This document shows positions 25,001 to 34,570 of a DNA stretch of 34,570 nucleotides, in pieces. A program made the position numbers and the translations under genes. Origin of the DNA: a virus (taxonomy: Duplodnaviria; Caudoviricetes); IMG/VR virus record IMGVR_UViG_3300025653_000122, positions 1 to 34,570 of that record. One strand, written 5' to 3'. Position 1 is the stretch's first letter, and each line of letters opens with the position of its first letter. A model generated the notes under the pieces. It saw nothing but the letters and a program-made list of their open reading frames with translations, ran no database searches and was not told the DNA's origin.

Positions 25001-28000
25001 AGGGAGACACTATTGAGATAAGAGAATATGTGTCAACGGCTTCATGCCACATACCACCAACACCAACTTCCATTGGACTGTACAAGAAATACACTCCCAT
25101 GAAATTTGTGGACGATACCTACAGGGAACCACAGGAAGTGATACAGGGGCATGATGGTAGCATCACCATAGCATATGGTGACTTCAGAGATGATGTTCTT
25201 CTTGAATTGGAATACAGAATATACAACAACATCAAGCAGGAATATGATCCTTCCGTTTTTGATATTGATGCAAACTTGGGCGGTTATTATGGCAACTCCG
25301 TATTCACCAAGGAAGAATTTGATGCAGTTGCCAACCAGGAATTTTTACGATGGGTAGCAAATACTAATCTAGGATATACTACCAACGATTACTGGAAGGA
25401 TACAGAAACATTTACCTATACCTACTCGAACATGACATCTCCTGATGGTTTAGAAAATTTACCAGGATGGTGGAGAGGAGTATACAAATATTTCTATGAC
25501 ACAGATAGACCCCATAGATGCCCGTGGGAGTGCTTGGGTTTCTCTGAAAAACCCGCATGGTGGGAAGATGAATATGGTGCTGCACCGTACACGAGCGGTA
25601 ACTTAATCCTTTGGGAGGATATCAGGGATGGTATAATCCGACAAGGAGATAGGGCAGGCACCTACAAGAGATACGCTAGAACTTCAATAATGAGACACGT
25701 GCCTGTTGATGAACACGGAAATCTATTGAGTCCGCTTGATAGTGGCTTGGCTGGAAATTTCACTCTCACTAACAACAAGGGAAGTTTTACTCTTGGTGAC
25801 GTATCACCAACTGAATATGCATACAGAAGCAGTTCCGAATTTCCATTCGTTGTTACAATGGCACTGTGTTTGCTCCGTCCATTTGAATACATAATCGCAA
25901 ACTTTGACAGAAGCAAAACTAAGAGAAACATTGCGGACCAAATTATAAGCAAGAACACAGGAGTGTTCATAAATCCTCAGGAGATTGAATTACCAATCAC
26001 TGGTGAGACAATAACTTCTGGATTGGCTTTTTATCTAGCCAGTTATCTAAAATCGCAGGGAAAATCAATTCCAGCGTCACAGGATGTGCTTTCAAACATA
26101 AACGTGAGATTGACATCAAGGCTAAGCGGTTTCGTTGACAAGACGCAGCAGAAATACTTGTTGGATTCAAAGAGTCCTGCTGCTTCAAGTTCAAGCATAT
26201 TCATACCCCAGGAAAATTATAATATTTTCTTCAACGTATCCGCACCAATACAGACTGTGAGCTATAGTGGTATCATATTTGAAAAGACTGAAGGTGGTTG
26301 GATCGTAAATGGATATGATGATGTTAATCCTTATTTTACAATTTATCGTGCCATTGCGAATCAGAAGGATCCAACTATATCGGTTGGTGGAGTTAGTGCA
26401 ACCTTTGTTAACTGGACGTCAAATCAGTTGTACAATAATGGCGCAATAGTACAATACAGAAACATGTTCTATAGGGCTAAACTCACCCACACCAGTGCAG
26501 ATGCCTTTGAGGAAGACAATTGGACCAAACTTCCAGAATTGCCAATCATAGGAGCAGCAACAGCACAGCGAAGAAGAACCTTCAACAGATTTAGAACTGC
26601 TAATATCAGTTACGGAACTACATTTAATAGTGTGCAGGATGTGGTTGACTTCCTGCTAGGGTATGAGGATTATCTAAAGAGCCAAGGATTCATATTTGAC
26701 AATTACAGCGCGGATAACCAAGCAATGCAGGATTTTACCACTGCTGCCAAGGAATTCATGTTTTGGACACGCAACGAATGGGCAGTTGGATCATTGCTGG
26801 CAGTCAGTCCGGGTGCTGAAAAAATTAAGGTAACTGTTCCTGTTGGAGTGGTTGACAACATACTTGACAGTTTCTATGATTACAACGTGCTCACTGACAA
26901 CGGTGAGCCAATGAATGTTAATAATTTTGATGTGAATAGAGAATTTCAAACTTTCACATTTAACATAAATGATACCACAAGAGGTTTATTCTATCTAAAA
27001 TTAAACTATGTTCTCAAGGAACATGTTGCAATATTTTCAGATAGAACGGTTTTCAATGATGTAATATTTGATAAGCCAACAGGTTATAGACAGGAAAGAA
27101 TCAAGGTGCAAGGATTCCGTACCGTGGACTGGGATGGAGATTACACTTCACCTGGATTCCTATTTGACAATGTAAACATAGACTCCTGGCAACCGTTTAC
27201 TGATTACAAACTAGGTGACATTATTAACTTCCAAGGAGTAAACTATACTAGCAAGAAGAATCATACTAGCCTAGAAGAATTTAATGCAAATAATTGGACC
27301 GTACTAGATTCAACACCAGAAAAAAGACTTATTCCTAATTATGATTTTAGAATTAATCAGATGGAAGATTACTTTGATGTTGATACTGAAGGACTTTCAC
27401 AGAGCCAGAGAGATCTCGCAAGGCACGCAATCGGCTATCAGACAAGAACCTATCTACAGAATTTAGCGGAAGACGAAGTAACACAGTTTAGATTGTATCA
27501 GGGTTTCATAAGAGAAAAAGGAACTAACAATTCATTCACTAAAATATTTAATAAACTTGGTAGAACTACAGATAGTGGTATTACACTGAAAGAGGAGTGG
27601 GCCTTCAAGGTAGGATCATTGGGAGGAATAGATCAGTCTAAAATAGTTGAATTAAAATTAGACACAGATAATTTTGTTTTAAATCCTCAACCTGTAATTG
27701 TTACTGATACAGAAAACATTGATTCAGTTGATAGATATTATAGAGTAAATCAATCAGACTTTGATTTTGCACCTATTCCTTATACGACCAAGATTAATCC
27801 AACTACCTCTGTGAAGGAATACATGAGGACGGCAGGGTATGTCAAGGTAGATCAAACAAAATATATTGTTAAAACTAGGGATGATATTTTAAACATTGAC
27901 ATTAATAGTGTTAGCAACAATGATCATATCTGGGTAACATTTGATAAGCAGAGTTGGACAGTTTTAAGAGTTAATTTTGTTAATGAACTTCCTATTGTTA

Positions 28001-31000
28001 ATCTTACAACAGAAAGAAATACTGTAACTCTTACATTTGGTAAGAGACATAATCTTAGTGTAGATGATATAGTTGGACTTAAAACTTTTGGAGATGTTGA
28101 TGGATTCCAAAAAATTACTGCTGTAACAAACTTTACGGCATCTTTCGTAACCGAAACGCCACCAATTGATTTAGAATTCGAACCAAGTTCGTTAAATTAT
28201 CCCATATTGTTAACCAATGCAAGATTTGAAAGTTACGATGTTTTGGATATAGAAAACACAGCACTACTAGATAAAAAATCAAAACTTTTCATTGATAACA
28301 ATGGAAATGATAGATGGGAAGTAGTTGAAAAAAATAAGATTTATTCTTCGAAAAAAATAGAATCTTTTGGCAGCTCTGTTCCTAAACACACAGGTAAAAA
28401 AGTTTTATACACAGAAGATTTACAACAAACCATAGGATCAATTCCGGGCTCGGGCATAGTTGTTGTTTACCTAGAAACAGCAACGGGTCTTTCTGTTAAA
28501 CAAATACTAGAACCTCTTTCAGGTTTCACAGGAGCAGTAGGAAATACCTTTGGAGAAGAACTAGCAATAAGTCCTGATAACCAATGGTTAGTGATTGGAT
28601 CGCCAGGTGCCAGTGGAGTTCCAACAAACTATAAAGGGATATTTAGTACCTATGAGACTTATGCTCCTAATGATATAGTTTTATATGAAGGAAATTTATG
28701 GAAGGCTAAGAATACAGTCTTAGGTGACGGAAGCACAATTAATGTTTACACTGAGGATTGGGAACAGACCTTTAACATTGAAGCACGAGAAAGTGGCACA
28801 AATCCAGGTTATGAAAACCAAGGAATGATTTCAATCTATAGATATAATGCCCAACAATGGAATTATGTTGAAAGTTACGTAAGTCCTAGAGCGGATGGTG
28901 ACAAATTTTTTGGTAGCAAAATTTCCATTGCTAAAACTACAGGCGGATATACCATGGCAGTATCTGCTCCTGGTTCCAACGATACCAAGGGCAGGGTATA
29001 CATATATGATTATACTGAAGCAAATGGTTGGAAGTTGATACAGAATCCTAATTATAGAGGAATATATCAACCAGGCGGAACACTTCCGGCTACTGAAATT
29101 TTAGCAGGAAGAACATACACAATTGATACATTAGGAACAACAGATTTCCGATCTCTGGGATCATTAAATAATACCCCAGGACAGATATTTGTGGCAAGAC
29201 AGAAAGGAGAAGGAACAGGAACCGTAACGCAGAATAGTTTCTATCCTAAGGGTTCGATAGTTTTTTACAATGGTAATTTATGGCAAGCATTGGAAGACAA
29301 CGAAGGTGACGGTAGCACAATTACTATTGAAAGTAATGATTGGATTAGACTAGACGAAGTTAATACTAATGTTTCTTTACCATCAAGCGTGAGCATAGAA
29401 GACGATGGATCAACACTAGCATCAGGGATACTTTCAGAAGATCAACTGGCAGAATTGATCAAAGAAGGAGATCGGTTTGGTAGTTCCTTGGCATTTGATA
29501 GTGATGCTTCAACTTTAGTTATAGGTGCTGTTCAGGCAGATGGACAATATTTTGCAAACTTTAGAGGAAACTGGCAGCCTAATTATGAATATGTAGAAAA
29601 TGATGTGGTAAAATACCAAGGCGGCTATCACAAATTAGAAAATTTAGGTGCAACATCTGTAGGACCTGATAGCACGATTAGAAGTTTCAATCAACCACCT
29701 GATGATGGTTATCCTTGGGTCAACGTTGGAGATAGTTCTTCAGAATCCGTTGGTAAGGTGTTCATTTATACTAAAAATGCACAAGGATTTTACAGTCTAC
29801 AGCAAACTATAACAGCAGAAAGTCTAGCAGAAATTAGTGATTTACCTGCCGAAGAAATTATTAGCACGGGTGATATGTTTGGTTATGCCATTGATCTAGA
29901 CCATACAGGAAACACACTGGTTGTTACTAGTCCAAAGGCTGATAAAAATTTACAAAATCAGGGCAGTGCATATATTTTTAAATATGAAACTGATTCAACA
30001 GCAACGAGATATAGACTAAAGCAGAAAATTGAAAGTTACGGAATTTATCCAAATGAATACTTTGGACAATCAGCATGCATTACAAATAATTCAAGCAAGA
30101 TTGTAATCGGTGCAAATAATACTGGTTATAATCTACCAATTAGATTTGACGGAAGTGAAACAAGTTTTGATGATTCGAACACTACATTTAGCACCTATGG
30201 TGGATATAGTGGTGCAGTATATGTGTTCGATCTCAAAGGATCGAAATATTTGTTAACTGAAAAATTAGAAGATGATTTAAGCACCAATGAATCATTTGGA
30301 TACAGTCTGTATTGTACGGATAATGTAATAGTTGTAGGATCACCAAACTATATTGAACCTACGACACACGGTCCAACTCTAGATTTTTCTGGCGACGTTA
30401 CAGGAATGATAAGGCTATTTAGAAAAGATTCAAACGTACAAAGCCTAAGCATAGTAGGAAGCGAACCCGATAGAGTGGATCTTTCAAGAATAAAAAGAAT
30501 TGCGTTATATAATGAAGCAGGCGACAATAAAATACAGGACATGGAAGTTGTTGATCCAGCAAAATTAAAAATTCTAGCGGCAGCAGAAAAAGAAATAGAA
30601 TACAAGACACTGTATGATCCAGCAACATACAATGTGGGATCTGAAGAAGTTGTTGTAGATAGTTCAGTGGCATGGTTTGACAAAAATGTTGGAAGACTAT
30701 GGTGGGATGTATCAAGTGCAAAATGGATTGACTATGAACAGGGTGACACAGCCTACAGATTAGCAAACTGGGGAGCACAGGCAGAAGGATCATCAATCAA
30801 GGTTTACGAATGGGTTGAATCCAAACTATTACCATCAGAATGGGCAGTGCTGGCAGACACCACCGAAGGATTACAACTTGGAGTTTCAGGACAACCGCTA
30901 TATCCTAATGATAACGTATACAGCGTTAAGGAATTCCTAAATGTAAACACGGGGCTGGTTACTGAAACAAAATACTACTATTGGGTAAGCAATAAGGTTA

Positions 31001-34000
31001 CGGTTCCTGAAAATACTCTAGGCAGAACAATTAGTGCAGCAGAAGTTGCGGCACTAATCAACAATCCTACCACTCTAGGAAACAGTTATATTGCACTTGC
31101 GGCAGACAATAGAATATTTTTCTACAATTACAAAAATATAGTGAGTGATAGCATTAGTGTGTTGAATCTTGAATATTATAATTCAGCAACAAATAACAAT
31201 GCCGCACACAACGAATTCCTGTTGCTAACTGAAAATGATGAAAACAGCGTTCCTAATGCCAAACTTGAGAAGAAGTGGATTGACAGTTTGGTTGGTTATG
31301 ACGTACAGGGAAATAGAGTTCCCGATCCAAACATACCTGAAAAACAGAAGTATGGAATGAACTTCCGCCCTAGGCAGAGCATGTTTGTTAATAGAAAACA
31401 GATTCTCCAGCAGAGCATAGAATACATTAATGGAATACTGGTTAAGGAAGCATTTGCAAACACGATTAATTTTGAAAAACTAAATCTTGTTGACAATGAA
31501 CCATCGAACGAATTGTATCTATATGATACCAAGGTTGATGGTGTGATTGATTTGGAGAATGTTGGAACGGTAAGGGTCAAGCAGGCAAAATTGTCAGCCA
31601 ATATTATTAATAATGAAATTTCCTCAATTGATATTGTTGATCCTGGATTTGGATACAAGCCACAAGAATTATTTGACACTGAAGCACCTGGCGTATACCC
31701 AGGACCAAAGGTTACCATACAGGGAGATGGAGCGGGAGCAGAAGCAATCACCCACATTGACAATCAGGGAAGAATTGTTGAGGTTGCAATGGTAAGTTCA
31801 GGATCAAATTACACGAATGCCAATCCTGTGGTAAGACAGTTTTCCGTATTGGTGGAAAACGACAGCACGGCAAACAACTATTGGTCCATCTATGCTTGGG
31901 ATGACATAAGACAGACATTCTATAGAAGTGCGTCACAGGCGTTCGATACCAGAAAGTATTGGAATTACGTTGACTGGTGGAAGACAGGATATGGAACGAC
32001 TTCAAGAATAACTAAGGAAATAGTTGATGTTTCGGTGGAACCTTCAATACAAACTGCCGTTGGCGATTTAATAAGAATCAAGGAATACGGTTCCGGTGGC
32101 TGGGCAGTATTTGAGAAAACGGCAGAAAGCAGTGATTTACCCTTGGGCAATTATGAATTGGTTGGAAGGCAGAACGGAACAATACAACTTTCTAAAAATT
32201 TATATGACACGGTTGTTTCTGGAGTTGGATTTGACAATGTGGTAAACTTTGATACCGGATTGTATGATTTGGAACCAACGGCAGAATTAAGGAACATCAT
32301 TAGTGCAGTCAAGGAAGATATATTCCGGGGCGATTACAAGATTGAATGGAACAGATTATTTTTTAACAGCATTAGATATGTGATGCACGAGCAAACATAC
32401 GTTGATTGGTTGTTCAAGTCCAGTTTCCTAAAGGCGATACACAACGTTGGTAATCTAAAGGTTATTCCTAACTATAGTAACGACAATCTAGAAAGTTATC
32501 AGAGTTACATAGAAGAAGTTAAACCATATAGAACAACCATTAGAGAGTATGTCAGTAGATACGAACAGTTAGAAGGTAACGGAGTAGCAGCCAATGACTT
32601 TGATTTGCCTGCTGTTTATTCTGATGTTGATGGAAAAATTATTGCCGTAAATGAAAATAGTACCTTGATGACACAACAACCGTGGAAGACATGGTTTGAC
32701 AATCGAGGCTACAGCATAACGGATATAGTGATATCCAACCCAGGCAGTGGTTATACCAGTCCACCAAGGGTAGTGATTGAAGGCAACGGTACCGGTGCAT
32801 CCGCACAGGCTTTCATAAGTAGTGGGTCAGTCACGGGAATTAGGATTCTTAACAAGGGAAGAGGATTCACCAAGACACCAACAGTTAGTTTGGTGGGTGG
32901 AAATGGAGCGTCAACGGATGTTGCAAAAGCAGTTGCTTATCTTGGTGAAGGCAACAGCAGAAGTTTCGAACTTAAGGTAAAATTTGACAGAATAAACAAG
33001 GAAGGACTGTTTACTAATTTTACGGATAGCCAGACTTTTACGGCAACCGGTAATACGGCAGTGTTTGACTTAAGATATGCGCCAACTGTTGACAAGACAA
33101 AGATTAGCATTACCAAAAACAATCAAACGGTGCTGGCTAGTGAATATTCCGTTTCACTGTTTACTAAGATAATCGATGGATATACCCTGTTGCAGGGAAG
33201 AATAGTATTCAACAATGCTCCGATACAGGGCGACGTAATCAAGGTTGAATATACCAAGAATGACGAACTGTTGGACAGCGTCAATAGAATTAACAAATAC
33301 TACTCACCAACGGAAGGAATGAAGGGCAAGGAGCTCAATCAGTTAATGACTGGTATAGACTTTGGTGGTGTACAAATACAGGGAACAACATTTGATGTGA
33401 CTGGAGGATGGGATGCACTACCTTGGTTTACGGACAGTTGGGATAGTGTTGAAAGCAGTGCGGATTACTATGTGGTTGCTGACGGTAGCACGAATGAAGT
33501 GACACTGCCTTATGTGCCAGCAGACGGACAGGAAATTAACGTCTATCTCAAGCGTGCAGGAGAAGGAACGCTTCCAACTATTGATAATTTGCAGTATAGT
33601 GAATCAGTAAAAAATCCTCCTGTAATTAGAATAGATGATCCATATTTTGGATCAGGTTCGCCAGCAATACCAGCAGTACCAGGCGTACCAGCAGATGCAG
33701 AATACAACAATGGTGCATTAATTGCCGAGAACAATGGTACAGTGTTTGACAGAGCCCTAACTGTAAACGGATTGAAACTGGTTGTTGCAGGAGCAGTAGG
33801 CGGACAACTAGCAGTACCAGATGAATGGGCAAAGAAAACTGCAAGAACATTTGAATTAATGACTGACCCTAACGGCGCTGGCATTAACACTACACATCAA
33901 CGCAATTTTATTAAAACACTACGTGGTGACGCTGGAACGAAACACGCAGGAATACCTACAGTACAAAGAGTTGGCTATGGCGGCGGAAGTACATATACAC

Positions 34001-34570
34001 CTAACTGGTTAGAAGATGCCGGCATAGCAAGTTATGCAGGACTACAAGCATTCAATGACAGTGTTGCTCAAAAGGATATGGTATGGTATAGAAATATCAA
34101 CGGTAACAATCCTCCAACACAGCGTAGAGATATCGAAGAAATATTCGAACACATATTCCACACCATACACGCATTTGGTATTCCGGGTGCAGTGCCTGGC
34201 AGTTCAGACGCAGTAGAAATGAATCCAGATATTAGAATTGGTAATGAACCAAGTTTTGATTGGCAAAACACAGCATTACATCTTGCTATGAAAGAAGCAA
34301 TTGACGCAGGATTATATGATCCGAGTGGTTATGCTACTGATTGGAATACAGATCCAGAAGCGGCGGCAGTGGCATACACAGAATACACCTACTTGGTAAA
34401 CTGGTCAATGTGGGATATGAGTGTATACTGGGATGGCGGCAGTCTTAGTCCTGAATGGGATGATAGTTTAAAAACACCAGCAGGTATGTTGGCAAATAAC
34501 CCATTAGGTTATGCATTGTTCAATACATATTTTGCTCCAGTATTAAGCAAACCAAACTTTGCTACAATAG
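22042..34570 (+). CDS. Giant virion structural protein (gp7-position baseplate wedge/adhesin), >4,170 aa, 3' end outside the window
   Basis: ATG overlaps the gp6 stop (TAATG); begins MADKVYPNSQLPIRKSSDLLPQTFRTDVNDKFL. The frame is still open at 34570 and the track lists no closed ORF in it. Contains CBM-like repeats, FG-GAP-like blades, GxGY repeats and a His-rich enzyme-like domain. Confidence 0.88.
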   Translation, partial: MADKVYPNSQLPIRKSSDLLPQTFRTDVNDKFLSGVVDPLIQPGALDKLSGYVGRRFGKTYNGNNVYLDTDNTLRSRYQLEPGVTVENNQVVTKFYDYLDFKNIETFFGNGNERDDKTTFQEHYSWNPPIDWDKFVNYREYYWVPAGPPTVAVFGQAQSVQSTYKVNQGIGSSWVFTPDGLTNNPTITLYRGQTYEFTVNSPGEPFVLRTNYDTGSLNYEPLKTYFPGDLAVFDGKLWRALQEILPGDGSTIDIDSQDWELLDSSASLNSLIYNNGVTNNSVEVGTLKFEVPLNAPDVIYYQSATDPNRLGRFIIADIESNTAINVEKEILGKTYYTSANGVELSNGMVVEFRGQVESEQYATDTWLVEGVGKAINLIRFADLIPPSISANTPEILFDNQGFDTQPFDDATLYPANKDYVTINRASSDLNPWSRYNRWFHRSVLEFAYNYRDSDFDALETARAKRPIVEFHPNIKLYQQGTTAKQSVDYVDDYTKDVFSTIEGSTGYSVDGESLFEGARVLVTADTDNLANNRIYEVKFIVHNGVRQITLRETADSAPQLNECVLASRGTANAGKMFYYDGTVWNRSQDKTTVNQPPLFDAFDENGVALDNVDTYPVSSFAGSKIFSYKQGSGPIDSELGFAISYQNIDNVGDIEFNWNWETETFTYTANQQAFTSNINKHYYRVNDDYENGWIRSNTKYLQPIVDSTKIVDATSTVEFNTVDFENLADGAEIIFYLNGKEFKEDYTRNINQFSFTTTFQPKDIVTIKIVGELTPDQGYYEIPVGIEKNPLNESLGTFTLGQATDHVRTALEFDTRFTGNLPGVSNLRDISEFVPNAKRFLKHSGVAASALLMLCDKDLNIIKSLQHSKKQYSLFKENFIKKSYEVEDIESIPDLVDRIFEELNKTKSPASAFADSDMIGTGAFTKTEYTVEDTGIRTFTLNEGFDLETLSRRAVYVYKNGLQLLNQRDYSFSSEFSYLTLSIDLVEGDTIEIREYVSTASCHIPPTPTSIGLYKKYTPMKFVDDTYREPQEVIQGHDGSITIAYGDFRDDVLLELEYRIYNNIKQEYDPSVFDIDANLGGYYGNSVFTKEEFDAVANQEFLRWVANTNLGYTTNDYWKDTETFTYTYSNMTSPDGLENLPGWWRGVYKYFYDTDRPHRCPWECLGFSEKPAWWEDEYGAAPYTSGNLILWEDIRDGIIRQGDRAGTYKRYARTSIMRHVPVDEHGNLLSPLDSGLAGNFTLTNNKGSFTLGDVSPTEYAYRSSSEFPFVVTMALCLLRPFEYIIANFDRSKTKRNIADQIISKNTGVFINPQEIELPITGETITSGLAFYLASYLKSQGKSIPASQDVLSNINVRLTSRLSGFVDKTQQKYLLDSKSPAASSSSIFIPQENYNIFFNVSAPIQTVSYSGIIFEKTEGGWIVNGYDDVNPYFTIYRAIANQKDPTISVGGVSATFVNWTSNQLYNNGAIVQYRNMFYRAKLTHTSADAFEEDNWTKLPELPIIGAATAQRRRTFNRFRTANISYGTTFNSVQDVVDFLLGYEDYLKSQGFIFDNYSADNQAMQDFTTAAKEFMFWTRNEWAVGSLLAVSPGAEKIKVTVPVGVVDNILDSFYDYNVLTDNGEPMNVNNFDVNREFQTFTFNINDTTRGLFYLKLNYVLKEHVAIFSDRTVFNDVIFDKPTGYRQERIKVQGFRTVDWDGDYTSPGFLFDNVNIDSWQPFTDYKLGDIINFQGVNYTSKKNHTSLEEFNANNWTVLDSTPEKRLIPNYDFRINQMEDYFDVDTEGLSQSQRDLARHAIGYQTRTYLQNLAEDEVTQFRLYQGFIREKGTNNSFTKIFNKLGRTTDSGITLKEEWAFKVGSLGGIDQSKIVELKLDTDNFVLNPQPVIVTDTENIDSVDRYYRVNQSDFDFAPIPYTTKINPTTSVKEYMRTAGYVKVDQTKYIVKTRDDILNIDINSVSNNDHIWVTFDKQSWTVLRVNFVNELPIVNLTTERNTVTLTFGKRHNLSVDDIVGLKTFGDVDGFQKITAVTNFTASFVTETPPIDLEFEPSSLNYPILLTNARFESYDVLDIENTALLDKKSKLFIDNNGNDRWEVVEKNKIYSSKKIESFGSSVPKHTGKKVLYTEDLQQTIGSIPGSGIVVVYLETATGLSVKQILEPLSGFTGAVGNTFGEELAISPDNQWLVIGSPGASGVPTNYKGIFSTYETYAPNDIVLYEGNLWKAKNTVLGDGSTINVYTEDWEQTFNIEARESGTNPGYENQGMISIYRYNAQQWNYVESYVSPRADGDKFFGSKISIAKTTGGYTMAVSAPGSNDTKGRVYIYDYTEANGWKLIQNPNYRGIYQPGGTLPATEILAGRTYTIDTLGTTDFRSLGSLNNTPGQIFVARQKGEGTGTVTQNSFYPKGSIVFYNGNLWQALEDNEGDGSTITIESNDWIRLDEVNTNVSLPSSVSIEDDGSTLASGILSEDQLAELIKEGDRFGSSLAFDSDASTLVIGAVQADGQYFANFRGNWQPNYEYVENDVVKYQGGYHKLENLGATSVGPDSTIRSFNQPPDDGYPWVNVGDSSSESVGKVFIYTKNAQGFYSLQQTITAESLAEISDLPAEEIISTGDMFGYAIDLDHTGNTLVVTSPKADKNLQNQGSAYIFKYETDSTATRYRLKQKIESYGIYPNEYFGQSACITNNSSKIVIGANNTGYNLPIRFDGSETSFDDSNTTFSTYGGYSGAVYVFDLKGSKYLLTEKLEDDLSTNESFGYSLYCTDNVIVVGSPNYIEPTTHGPTLDFSGDVTGMIRLFRKDSNVQSLSIVGSEPDRVDLSRIKRIALYNEAGDNKIQDMEVVDPAKLKILAAAEKEIEYKTLYDPATYNVGSEEVVVDSSVAWFDKNVGRLWWDVSSAKWIDYEQGDTAYRLANWGAQAEGSSIKVYEWVESKLLPSEWAVLADTTEGLQLGVSGQPLYPNDNVYSVKEFLNVNTGLVTETKYYYWVSNKVTVPENTLGRTISAAEVAALINNPTTLGNSYIALAADNRIFFYNYKNIVSDSISVLNLEYYNSATNNNAAHNEFLLLTENDENSVPNAKLEKKWIDSLVGYDVQGNRVPDPNIPEKQKYGMNFRPRQSMFVNRKQILQQSIEYINGILVKEAFANTINFEKLNLVDNEPSNELYLYDTKVDGVIDLENVGTVRVKQAKLSANIINNEISSIDIVDPGFGYKPQELFDTEAPGVYPGPKVTIQGDGAGAEAITHIDNQGRIVEVAMVSSGSNYTNANPVVRQFSVLVENDSTANNYWSIYAWDDIRQTFYRSASQAFDTRKYWNYVDWWKTGYGTTSRITKEIVDVSVEPSIQTAVGDLIRIKEYGSGGWAVFEKTAESSDLPLGNYELVGRQNGTIQLSKNLYDTVVSGVGFDNVVNFDTGLYDLEPTAELRNIISAVKEDIFRGDYKIEWNRLFFNSIRYVMHEQTYVDWLFKSSFLKAIHNVGNLKVIPNYSNDNLESYQSYIEEVKPYRTTIREYVSRYEQLEGNGVAANDFDLPAVYSDVDGKIIAVNENSTLMTQQPWKTWFDNRGYSITDIVISNPGSGYTSPPRVVIEGNGTGASAQAFISSGSVTGIRILNKGRGFTKTPTVSLVGGNGASTDVAKAVAYLGEGNSRSFELKVKFDRINKEGLFTNFTDSQTFTATGNTAVFDLRYAPTVDKTKISITKNNQTVLASEYSVSLFTKIIDGYTLLQGRIVFNNAPIQGDVIKVEYTKNDELLDSVNRINKYYSPTEGMKGKELNQLMTGIDFGGVQIQGTTFDVTGGWDALPWFTDSWDSVESSADYYVVADGSTNEVTLPYVPADGQEINVYLKRAGEGTLPTIDNLQYSESVKNPPVIRIDDPYFGSGSPAIPAVPGVPADAEYNNGALIAENNGTVFDRALTVNGLKLVVAGAVGGQLAVPDEWAKKTARTFELMTDPNGAGINTTHQRNFIKTLRGDAGTKHAGIPTVQRVGYGGGSTYTPNWLEDAGIASYAGLQAFNDSVAQKDMVWYRNINGNNPPTQRRDIEEIFEHIFHTIHAFGIPGAVPGSSDAVEMNPDIRIGNEPSFDWQNTALHLAMKEAIDAGLYDPSGYATDWNTDPEAAAVAYTEYTYLVNWSMWDMSVYWDGGSLSPEWDDSLKTPAGMLANNPLGYALFNTYFAPVLSKPNFATI

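Noticed and set aside
22336-34271. Short track ORFs suggesting a gene-poor or recoded region
   Set aside because: All lie within one continuous plus-strand ORF that starts at 22042; no stop-codon reassignment is needed, and TAA, TAG and TGA all end genes elsewhere in the window.

Overview
The window is a segment of a large T4-related (myovirus-type, probably jumbo) dsDNA phage genome; no host genes are evident. Left part: start of the portal gene, tape measure protein, a divergently transcribed tail/baseplate assembly chaperone pair apparently joined by a -1 frameshift, and two related probable internal-head proteins. Middle, all on the minus strand: gp55-like late sigma factor, gp47/gp46 (Mre11/Rad50-type) nuclease, an Hc1-like small basic protein and a minimal GIY-YIG nuclease, followed directly by a ~350-nt highly structured non-coding element and a cluster of hairpins. 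Right part, plus strand: baseplate operon (gp48-, gp53-, gp27-, gp5-, gp25- and gp6-like) and a >4,170-codon ORF (22042 to beyond the window end, missing from the ORF track). That ORF carries CBM-like repeats, an FG-GAP-type propeller and a putative metallo-hydrolase domain. The best novelty candidate is the GIY-YIG nuclease plus large structured RNA unit. All assignments come from motif recognition and manual base-pairing; no database search or folding program was run.
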